From: Trinickia sp.
GTDB taxonomy: Bacteria > Pseudomonadota > Gammaproteobacteria > Burkholderiales > Burkholderiaceae
Length of the DNA stretch: 64,000 nucleotides
NCBI RefSeq assembly: GCF_051961175.1
Contig: NZ_JBQCDN010000198.1
Location: forward strand, 3,987-67,986
Direction of reading: 5' to 3'
How positions within the stretch are numbered: the first letter of the stretch is position 1; each line of letters opens with the position of its first letter. The position numbers and the translations under genes were made by a program. Shown piece by piece: positions 56,722 through 64,000 of this stretch. Under the pieces are notes generated by a model. It did not search any database. It had not been told where the DNA came from and was given only the letters and a program-made list of their open reading frames with translations.

Positions 56722-57483
56722 TCAAGTGGGAACCGGGATGGCGTCGGGGCTGTTCGTCGCCAGTGTGGGATTGTCGGCTTGACTCGTCTCGCGACACGCG
56801 AAAGCGGCACTCGCCTGAGCGTCTGTCACGCCGAACCACGCGGAAACATACCCTCTCGTCTGTTTGAGGCTTTCCAGCCTGACGAGGCTGACTCCAATGA
56901 CTTCGTCGGACGGCGGTCTGAGATCCGGCACCGTCACGACCTTAATCCCCGCGCGATGCGCGGCAAGCACACCGTTCTCGCTGTCCTCGAATGCGAGGCA
57001 CTCACTCGGCGATTTCCCCAAGCGAGAAGCGGCAAGCTGATAGACGGCCGGGTCGGGCTTGCCACGAAAAACCTCATCGCCTCCGGCGACCGCATCGAAG
57101 AAGTCGAGCACGCCGACACGGGAAAGCCGGGCTTTAATCTCCTGGCCACTCGATGATGAAGCCACGGCGCAGGGCACGCCCGCATTGATCAACGCAACCA
57201 AAAGATCTCGCGCCCCCGGCTTTAGTGGATATACGGGTGGCTTCTCAGGAGACTGCAACTGCTGTCGGACGCGGAGCAGCGCCTCCTGAAAAACGGGCTC
57301 CTTCCCAAACATCTCGCGCAACATCGCGTGGCATTCAGGCAGGGATCTGCCGATGATCTCGACATAGTCGATAGGGCGGATATCGATCCCAAGGTCGCGC
57401 CCGACGGCGATCCACGTGTTCATGATCGTCCGTTCCGAGTCGATCAGTAACCCGTCCATATCGAAGATTGCCGCAGAAAACAT
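56722..57483 (-). CDS. HAD-family phosphatase (beta-PGM/CbbY-like)
   Basis: IFDMDGLLIDSE, VASSS, GKPDP, FEDSENG. Confidence 0.9.
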   Translation of the reverse strand: MFSAAIFDMDGLLIDSERTIMNTWIAVGRDLGIDIRPIDYVEIIGRSLPECHAMLREMFGKEPVFQEALLRVRQQLQSPEKPPVYPLKPGARDLLVALINAGVPCAVASSSSGQEIKARLSRVGVLDFFDAVAGGDEVFRGKPDPAVYQLAASRLGKSPSECLAFEDSENGVLAAHRAGIKVVTVPDLRPPSDEVIGVSLVRLESLKQTRGYVSAWFGVTDAQASAAFACRETSQADNPTLATNSPDAIPVPT

Positions 57484-57574
57484 CGCCCGAATCCTTAGTC
57501 AGTGTGGGAAATAGTCAACGCACTATAACCTCTGACGGCTTGGTTCGACATGAACGTTTCCGACGAAAACATTG

Positions 57575-58048
57575 TCATTCTGGCCGTCGCTGCCCCGGCG
57601 CTTTGCCATGTCGCGCGAGGAAGCGATCGAGTTGGCCGGCAAACGTCTTACTATCGTTCGCCGTATACGGCGCCGGCCCGCCCGTCGCGACGCCTGAGCT
57701 ACGAAGCTGATCCATCACCTCGCGCATCGTCAGCCGCTCCTGAATGTTCTCACGTGTGAACCAGCTTCCACGCGGATCGAGCACATGTCCGCCTTTTTCC
57801 AGGGCAGCGGCGGCGAGCGGAATGTCGGCGGTGATGACGAGATCGCCCTGACCGACGAGTTCGACGATGCGATTATCCGCGGCATCGAATCCCACCGGCA
57901 CTTGCAATGCCTTGATAAAGGGGGAAGCCGGGGTACGCAAGTACTGGCTGGCAACAAGTGTCACGCATACTTCAGTACGCCGCGCCGCTCGAAAAAGAAT
58001 GTCCTTCACGACAACTGGACAGGCATCTGCGTCAACCAGGACTTGCAT
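57575..58048 (-). CDS. YaiI/YqxD family protein
   Basis: MQVLVDADACPV, GFDAAD, DLVITADIPLA, DPRG, GGPAP. Confidence 0.9.
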   Translation of the reverse strand: MQVLVDADACPVVVKDILFRAARRTEVCVTLVASQYLRTPASPFIKALQVPVGFDAADNRIVELVGQGDLVITADIPLAAAALEKGGHVLDPRGSWFTRENIQERLTMREVMDQLRSSGVATGGPAPYTANDSKTFAGQLDRFLARHGKAPGQRRPE

Positions 58049-58156
58049 TACGGTGCTTCCCAAAGAGTTTCGGCAATCCGGTCTGCTCCGGCGCGGGTTG
58101 CGCCGCACGATGGCGCGAGCGTCAGCAGGAATGCCTACGAAAACCGCATTTTGCAC

Positions 58157-58320
58157 TAGTGTCCTGTCCCGTAAGTTCTTTGATAAATGAAATTGTCCAT
58201 TTGGCCGCCAGGCAAGAAGCGAGGAGGCGCCATAGCCGTAGCTATGGCAACGACGAGCGACGCCGCCTGGCGGTCAAATGGGCGATTTCATATCAAAGGA
58301 ACTTGCGGGACAGGGCACTA
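58157..58320. mobile_element. 164-bp palindromic MITE/RPE-like element
   Basis: ~57-bp imperfect terminal inverted repeats (TAGTGTCCTGTCCCGTAAGTTC.. / ..GAACTTGCGGGACAGGGCACTA), internal hairpin GCCATAGC-cgta-GCTATGGC, TA at both ends, intergenic. Confidence 0.7.
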
Positions 58321-58339
58321 TATGGCCTATGTGCAGACG

Positions 58340-58834
58340 CTATCGTCGGGCTAACCGCTGCTTCGGCGCCATTTCGAAGTAGACGCTCTCGCCCTGGGCG
58401 AGATCGACAATGCGAAAGCCACCATCGGCACGAAAGAGAATGGCGTGGGAAATTAACGAAATGCGGATCGAGCCGTCTTCAAGACGCATCGCGGAAGGAT
58501 CCGACAGCTCGGGCACGGTCCAGCCCGACAGTTCGGCCCGCACCATCGCCTCGATGATTTCCGAACGCGCGTGTTCGGGACCCGATGGCGCAGGGCTGAT
58601 CTTGCCGAGCTCCCTGCGCAAGCGATGCAAACGACGCATCGTTTCCGGCTTGCGTGGCAAGCTGACCCGGCTCCGTCCGGCGGCCTCCGACCGCGCACGT
58701 TCGCCCTTCAATTCGGAAAGGCCGGGCGCGCATGGCACCGTCCGCGACGTGTCGGCGGACTCGGTAGGCGCTGCGTTCCCGATATCGGCCTCACTGTGTG
58801 GAACGATGCCGCGTGTATTGAGGTTGACGTTCAT
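58340..58834 (-). CDS. Hypothetical protein
   Basis: C-terminal part of ORF 58340..59347; upstream part is antisense to LysR; no recognisable motif; start uncertain. Confidence 0.35.
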   Translation of the reverse strand: MNVNLNTRGIVPHSEADIGNAAPTESADTSRTVPCAPGLSELKGERARSEAAGRSRVSLPRKPETMRRLHRLRRELGKISPAPSGPEHARSEIIEAMVRAELSGWTVPELSDPSAMRLEDGSIRISLISHAILFRADGGFRIVDLAQGESVYFEMAPKQRLARR

Positions 58835-59125
58835 TTGGAATCGATAGGCGGACGAGGCACTGCGTCGGCCGCATGAGGGCATGGGCCATCGTGCCGAGCG
58901 ATCCTTGAACACGCTGTACGTGCGGCGCCAGTGGGCATCAGTGGCGGGGATCGAATGCGCAAGTGTAGCCGGAGAAGCTTTCTTTATGCCTGCTACCCCG
59001 GCAGATGCGGCAAAATCCACCCTCGCACGCTCAAGGCCTGGCGCAGGCGGACCGGCATACTCCGCCATGGGCGCTTCGCATGACGTCATGCAAAATATCC
59101 GCATCCAGGATGGCGAGGGAGGCCC

Positions 59126-60091
59126 GTGGGTATCAATTTCGATTTGAATGACTTGCAGGCGTTTCGCGCGGTGGTGGAACTGGGGAGCTTTCGCAAGGCG
59201 GCGGAGGCGGTCAACATCTCGCAGCCGGCCTTGAGCCGTCGCATCGACAAACTCGAGGATGCCCTCGGCGTGCGTCTTTTCGATCGCACCACGCGTAGCG
59301 TCACGCTCACGACGATCGGCCGCGTATTTGCCCCGAGCGCCGAACAACTACTCGATGATCTCGATGTCGCGCTGCTCGGCATCCGCGATGTTTCATCGAG
59401 CCGTCTCGGTCACGTGACGATTGCGTGCGTGCCATCGGTGGCCTACTACTTTTTGCCGAACGTTATCGCGAGCTATCGTCGCCGCTTTCCCCGCATCCGC
59501 GTCAAGCTGCTCGATGCAAGTGCGAACGAGGTCCTGGGCGCCGTGATCAGCGGCGAGGCCGATTTCGGCGTGAGCTTTATCGGCAGCCAGGAGCCCGAGG
59601 TCGAATTCAAGGTGCTGCTGCAGGACCGGTTCGTTGCGGCTTGCCGCCGCGATCATGCGCTTGCGCGCAAAAAGCGCGTGACGTGGAGCGAGCTCTACGA
59701 GCACGAGTATGTCTCGGTGGATAAAACGTCGGGTAACCGCCTGCTGCTCGATCAGGCGCTCTCGGCCGTGGCACCGCAAACGCCCAGTGTGTGCGAGACG
59801 CGGCATGTGACGACGATGCTCGGTTTAGTCGAAGCGGGGCTTGGCGTCGCAGCGGTACCGTCGATGGCGATGCCTGGACGCGACCACCCGATCCTCACGA
59901 GTGTGCCGCTGGTCGATCCCGTCGTGAAGCGGCGCCTGGGTATCGTGCGGCGCCGCGGACGTTCGCTTACGCCGGCTGCGCAGGAATTTTATCGAACGAT
60001 TATGGAGGTGAAGCGCGGCGGTGCAGAAGGCAGCGACGCCATCCGCGATGACACCGCTCCCAAATCGGCGTCAAGCAGGAAGTCCCGATAG
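59126..60091 (+). CDS. LysR-family transcriptional regulator
   Basis: GSFRKAAEAVNISQPALSRRIDKLEDALGVRLFDRTTR. Confidence 0.93.
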   Translation: MGINFDLNDLQAFRAVVELGSFRKAAEAVNISQPALSRRIDKLEDALGVRLFDRTTRSVTLTTIGRVFAPSAEQLLDDLDVALLGIRDVSSSRLGHVTIACVPSVAYYFLPNVIASYRRRFPRIRVKLLDASANEVLGAVISGEADFGVSFIGSQEPEVEFKVLLQDRFVAACRRDHALARKKRVTWSELYEHEYVSVDKTSGNRLLLDQALSAVAPQTPSVCETRHVTTMLGLVEAGLGVAAVPSMAMPGRDHPILTSVPLVDPVVKRRLGIVRRRGRSLTPAAQEFYRTIMEVKRGGAEGSDAIRDDTAPKSASSRKSR

Positions 60092-60120
60092 TAAGACGCT
60101 GGCCGTTCAACGGAATGCGT

Positions 60121-60906
60121 TCAATGATCGGAAACCGTATCGAGTCCGGTCGATTTGACTTCGAGTTGGGCGCCGGGGGAGGCGAGATAGTCGAGCAGGG
60201 CTTTCGCTTCCTTCGGATGTTGTGCGCCGACAGGAATCCCCGCAGCGTAACGCGTGATTGATTGCACAGGCTCGGGAATTTTTCCGGCGAACGTCGCTCC
60301 CTTGACCGGCAGCAATTCGCTCACCTGCTGGAAGCCGATTTCGTATTCGCCGTCTGCTACGACCGAGGCGACGGGAATTCGCGGAATCATCTTCGCCTTC
60401 GATTTGACTTGATCCTCGATGCCGAGCTTCTCGAACAACTCGCGCTCGATATAGACGCCGCTCGCGCTGTCCGAATAGGCGATCGACTTCGCATGCAGCA
60501 ACGTCTGACGTAATCCCTCTATCGAGCCAATGTCAGGCTTGGCCGCCCCTTCCCGCACGACCATACCAATGCGCGAATCGGCCAACTCGACCCGCGATGC
60601 CGGGATGATCTTGCCTTTGCGAATCAAATCGTCAAGCGCATAGCCCACCATGATGACGGCGTCCGCCGGTTCGCCCCGCTCGAGCCGGTTCGGGATCGCT
60701 TGAGGCGACTGACCCATCGACGGGCCAAGCGCGGTCTCGAGTGTGTTGCCTGTCTTCGAGGCGAACTCGGGACCGAGTACGTTGTACGCGGCGGTAAAGC
60801 CGCCGGAGGTCATCACGTGCAGATCGGCGGCCTGCACGTTCGTTGCAGCGGCCGAGCCGGCGACCAGCGCTGCCGCGCAAAGTTTAAGAAGCAGTTTTCT
60901 CATCAT
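60121..60906 (-). CDS. ModA-like periplasmic protein, aconitate delta-isomerase (Ais)-like
   Basis: Signal peptide; MTSGG, PSMGQSPQAIPNRLERGEPADAVIMVG, AYSDSASGVY, GFQQVSEL, recalled from Pseudomonas Ais; co-transcribed with a CitA-type MFS. Confidence 0.65.
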   Translation of the reverse strand: MMRKLLLKLCAAALVAGSAAATNVQAADLHVMTSGGFTAAYNVLGPEFASKTGNTLETALGPSMGQSPQAIPNRLERGEPADAVIMVGYALDDLIRKGKIIPASRVELADSRIGMVVREGAAKPDIGSIEGLRQTLLHAKSIAYSDSASGVYIERELFEKLGIEDQVKSKAKMIPRIPVASVVADGEYEIGFQQVSELLPVKGATFAGKIPEPVQSITRYAAGIPVGAQHPKEAKALLDYLASPGAQLEVKSTGLDTVSDH

Positions 60907-60965
60907 GATGGGAGATGGATCGGATTGCGCGTGGACGTTCGGCTGCATGCGGACGAGAGGGCGCG

Positions 60966-62264
60966 TCATTGCGCCGGCGCGAGCGCCGCGGAGCGCCGGC
61001 GATAGAGCCCGAGCGTCGCAACGAGGGCGCATGCCGCGGCGAAGCTCATCCAGTAGCCGGGTGCGGCCTTGTCGCCGGTCATATGAATGAGTGCGGTCGA
61101 GATCGCCGGCGTGAACCCGCCGAACACGGCAGTGGCGAGGCTATAGGCGAGCGAGAAACCCGCAACGCGCACTTGCGCCGGCATCACTTCCGTCAGTGCG
61201 ACGATCATCGCGCCGTTGTAGATGCCGTACATGAACGAGAGCCAGAGGAGGGCCAGCAGCATGTTCTGGAAGCTCGGCGCATGAGCAAGCAGCGACAGTG
61301 CCGGGTATGCCGTCGCGATGGCGAGCACCGACATGCCCACGAGGAGCGGCCGGCGGCCGATCTTGTCGGAAAGCGCGCCGCCGATCGGCAGCCATACGAA
61401 GTTCGACACGGCCACGCACAGCGTCACGAGCAAACTATCGGCGGTGCTCAAATGGAGGACTGTTTTGCCGAAAGTCGGCGCGTAGACCGTGATGAGATAA
61501 AAGCTCGCCGTGGTCATCGCCACCAGCATCATGCCCGCGACCACGACGGCCCAGTTCCCGACGAGCGCGCGGAACACTTCGTTCATGCTTGGACGATGCT
61601 GCCGTGCCTTGAACGCCTGCGTTTCCTCGAGATTGCGACGCAGCATGAAGATGAACGGCACGATCATGCAGCCGACGAAGAAGGGAATCCGCCATCCCCA
61701 TGCCGCAATGGCCGTTGCATTCAGCGATTGATTGACCGCGAAGCCGAGGCCGGCGGCCACGACGATCGCGACCTGCTGGCTCGCGGATTGCCAACTCGTG
61801 AAGAAGCCCTTGCGGCCGGGGGTAGCCATCTCGGCCAGATAGACCGATACGCCACCCAACTCGGCGCCCGCCGAAAAGCCCTGCAGCAGCCGGCCAACGA
61901 GCACCAGCGCGGGCGCCAGCAGACCGATCGTCTGGTAGCCGGGGACTAACGAAATGAGGATGGTGCCGCTCGCCATGATGGAAAGCGTCACGATCAAGCC
62001 CTTGCGGCGGCCAACATCGTCGATATACGCGCCGAGCACGATGGCGCCGAGCGGCCGCATCAAAAAGCCAGCACCGAAGGCGGCGAATGTCAGCATCAAC
62101 GAAGCAAATTCACTTCCGGCAGGAAAAAAGACATGAGCGATTTGCGTCGCGTAGAAGCCGAACAGAAAGAAATCGAACTGCTCCAGAAAGTTTCCCGCGG
62201 TCACGCGAAAAACCGTCGCGGCTTTCGAATGTCCCGGTGCGAGCGTAGAGGGCGAGGGGTGCAT
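60966..62264 (-). CDS. MFS metabolite:H+ symporter, CitA/TcuC (tricarboxylate) type
   Basis: [65 protein letters not shown]. Confidence 0.9.
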   Translation of the reverse strand: MHPSPSTLAPGHSKAATVFRVTAGNFLEQFDFFLFGFYATQIAHVFFPAGSEFASLMLTFAAFGAGFLMRPLGAIVLGAYIDDVGRRKGLIVTLSIMASGTILISLVPGYQTIGLLAPALVLVGRLLQGFSAGAELGGVSVYLAEMATPGRKGFFTSWQSASQQVAIVVAAGLGFAVNQSLNATAIAAWGWRIPFFVGCMIVPFIFMLRRNLEETQAFKARQHRPSMNEVFRALVGNWAVVVAGMMLVAMTTASFYLITVYAPTFGKTVLHLSTADSLLVTLCVAVSNFVWLPIGGALSDKIGRRPLLVGMSVLAIATAYPALSLLAHAPSFQNMLLALLWLSFMYGIYNGAMIVALTEVMPAQVRVAGFSLAYSLATAVFGGFTPAISTALIHMTGDKAAPGYWMSFAAACALVATLGLYRRRSAALAPAQ

Positions 62265-62449
62265 CGATGTGTCTCCAGAATCCAGAATTCCCGATAGGTG
62301 CGGTTGTCCGCTTTTGTCGTTTCGGGAATATTGGCCTCGCCCCGGTCAAACGATAAGTGCAATATTTCGAATGATTGATGCACGATGGTTATCAATCGTT
62401 CCCACTCGGGGGCGCGTTGGCCCCCGTTGGGCGCGCTGGCAACAGCAGT

Positions 62450-62869
62450 CTAGCCAACCTGGACTTCGATCCGTCTCGGCTTTGCCTCGTCACGTCGCGG
62501 GATCGTCAACTTCAGTACGCCGTCCTTGAGTTGCGCGTCGATGCGGGCCACATCGAAGTCCGGGCTCAACGTGAACGCGCGAGCGAAGTGCGCGTGCTGC
62601 ATTTCCGCGTGCTGCAATCGCAAGCCGGCGGGCGTCGGGACAACCGCCTCGGCCTCGATATGCAAATTTCCGTCCTGCACGTGAACGTTCAGCTTTTCTC
62701 GGGGTACGCCCGGGAGATCGGCGAACAGTGTGATGCCGTGAGCGTCTTCAAATACATCCACGGCGGGTGCCACACGCGTTTGTCGCGCGCTGTCGCGCGT
62801 CCCCGCTTGCTTGCTGACGGCACTCCCCATCGGGCGCGCGCCGGTCGTCAATTCAGTACGATCGCTCAT
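62450..62869 (-). CDS. Hsp20/alpha-crystallin small heat-shock protein
   Basis: PAVDVFE, ADLPGV, FARAFTL, LKDGVLKLTIP..KPRRIEV. Confidence 0.92.
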   Translation of the reverse strand: MSDRTELTTGARPMGSAVSKQAGTRDSARQTRVAPAVDVFEDAHGITLFADLPGVPREKLNVHVQDGNLHIEAEAVVPTPAGLRLQHAEMQHAHFARAFTLSPDFDVARIDAQLKDGVLKLTIPRRDEAKPRRIEVQVG

Positions 62870-62927
62870 GATGTCCTCGTCGATGGTATGCGGGGACGCG
62901 GTACGACGGACGTCCCCCATTGAATGC

Positions 62928-63368
62928 TTACTGGACCGTGATGGCACGCGGCTTTGAAGCCTCCGATTTGCCGATGTTGATCGACAGGCAGCCGTTCGAA
63001 TACTTCGCGCTGACGCTGTCGGGGTCGGCATGCTGGGGCAATTCGATTACGCGGCGGAAAGAACCGGCAAAGCGTTCGCGCGCATAGACGCGTACATCGT
63101 CGCCGGCCCCGATTTCAGCGGGCTTGCGCTCCCCGCTGATCGTCAGAAGACCTTTGTCGATCGAGACTTCTATCGTTGCGGGATCCAGCCCCGGCGCGAA
63201 CGCGACGACTTCAAGCGTGTCGTCGGTACTCCCGATGTTCACGGGAGGGAAAGAGCCCAGGCGGGTGGCGCGCAGGCTGACGGGGAAGTCGGCGAATAGA
63301 TTCGCCATCTGGCGCTCGAGGCGGTCGAATTCGCCCAGCAGATGGGTACTGAAGAACGGATCGCTCAT
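62928..63368 (-). CDS. Hsp20/alpha-crystallin small heat-shock protein
   Basis: FPPVNI, APGLD, LTISGERK, ERFAGSFRRVIELP, YSNGCL..KPRAI; RBS AGGAG. Confidence 0.92.
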   Translation of the reverse strand: MSDPFFSTHLLGEFDRLERQMANLFADFPVSLRATRLGSFPPVNIGSTDDTLEVVAFAPGLDPATIEVSIDKGLLTISGERKPAEIGAGDDVRVYARERFAGSFRRVIELPQHADPDSVSAKYSNGCLSINIGKSEASKPRAITVQ

Positions 63369-63514
63369 GGTTTGGCTCCTGAAAAAAGGGGCCGCAGGGA
63401 GAGCAAACCGGAACCAGACCACGCGCTCCAGTTCACTCGTCCTGCGAGACCGCGGACGAACAAAGAGAAACACGCAGCGCATCAAATCGCGACTGCTTTA
63501 ACTGGAATCTAAAC

Positions 63515-63544
63515 TAGTGGGCGCTGCCGGATTTTCAAGGGGGT
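63515..63544 (-). promoter_or_regulatory. Putative sigma32 (RpoH) promoter for the hsp20 pair
   Basis: Minus strand CCCCCTTGAAAATCCGGCAGCGCCCACTA resembles CTTGAA-N13/14-CCCCATNT. Confidence 0.55.
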
Positions 63545-63607
63545 AAGTAACGTTTTGTTACATATCCGCCGACAGGACTGACACCGTTGCCCGTCCCGTG
63601 GCTGCGC

Positions 63608-64000
63608 TTAGCCGGGGACAAAAATCCCCACCGCGGCGATCGCCATCGCGATTGTCGCGAGCCATCCGCCCCAAGCGAGCGGGCCTTTGATGGCAAATTC
63701 GCCCATGACGTCGCGGTTGCCGGCCATCAGCATGATGATGACCATGATCGGTACCGCGGCGACACCATTGATCACTGCACTCCAGTACAGTGCGCGAATC
63801 GGATCGAAATGCATGAACGTGATCACAACGCCGCCCATGATGGCCAATGCGATCACGCTATAGAACTGCCGCGCGAGGGCCAGGTGCAGGCTGAGGCTGC
63901 TGCGCCATCGAAAACTGCCCGCGGCTGCATAGGCCGCGGAGCCGGCCAGCACGGGAAGCGCCAGCAAGCCCGTTCCGATGATGCCCAGCGAAAACAGCAC
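63608..64000 (-). CDS. NRAMP-family divalent metal transporter, 5'-partial
   Basis: LGIIGTGLLALPVLAGSAAYA, DPIRALYWSAVING, VMGEF; runs off the window end. Confidence 0.8.
   Translation of the reverse strand: MLFSLGIIGTGLLALPVLAGSAAYAAAGSFRWRSSLSLHLALARQFYSVIALAIMGGVVITFMHFDPIRALYWSAVINGVAAVPIMVIIMLMAGNRDVMGEFAIKGPLAWGGWLATIAMAIAAVGIFVPG

Overview
GC-rich bacterial DNA with Burkholderiaceae-like gene content (taxon is an inference). Left to right: (1) 3' part of an AcoC-like E2/alpha-beta-hydrolase gene, then a complete glucitol-family PTS (gutM, srlA, srlE, srlB, HPr-EI fusion) and a class V aminotransferase; (2) an EmrB-type remnant, an SDR and a TetR-controlled RND efflux system with two matching operators; (3) a FadR/GntR-regulated sugar ABC operon (AKR, Zn-dehydrogenase, UxaB, UxaA, mutarotase) resembling L-galactose/L-galactonate catabolism, plus an MCP; (4) the highlight, a ~22 kb co-oriented pearlin (PEARL/carrier-peptide) biosynthetic cluster at 31905-53527. 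It has the 3-thiaglutamate-type core: a carrier peptide ending DDIEVIESKVFA, a PEARL, a DUF692/MNIO plus partner, a CmoA-like enzyme, a second SAM transferase and an M50 protease. It also carries a di-iron desaturase/hydroxylase, an acyl-CoA ligase, a 2-methylcitrate-synthase paralog with an altered active-site motif, a TsdA-like diheme cytochrome, a short-chain CHR pair, a probably feedback-insensitive DAHP synthase, an orphan binding protein and an RND pump, and is flanked by a divergent CobS/CobT-like AAA+/VWA pair and a convergent LysR; (5) accessory genes, a 164-bp palindromic MITE-like element, a LysR/aconitate-isomerase-like/CitA-type MFS module, two Hsp20 genes with a sigma32-like promoter and a partial NRAMP gene. 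No rRNA, tRNA, CRISPR array or transposase was seen. All family assignments come from motif recognition by eye; no database search was run.
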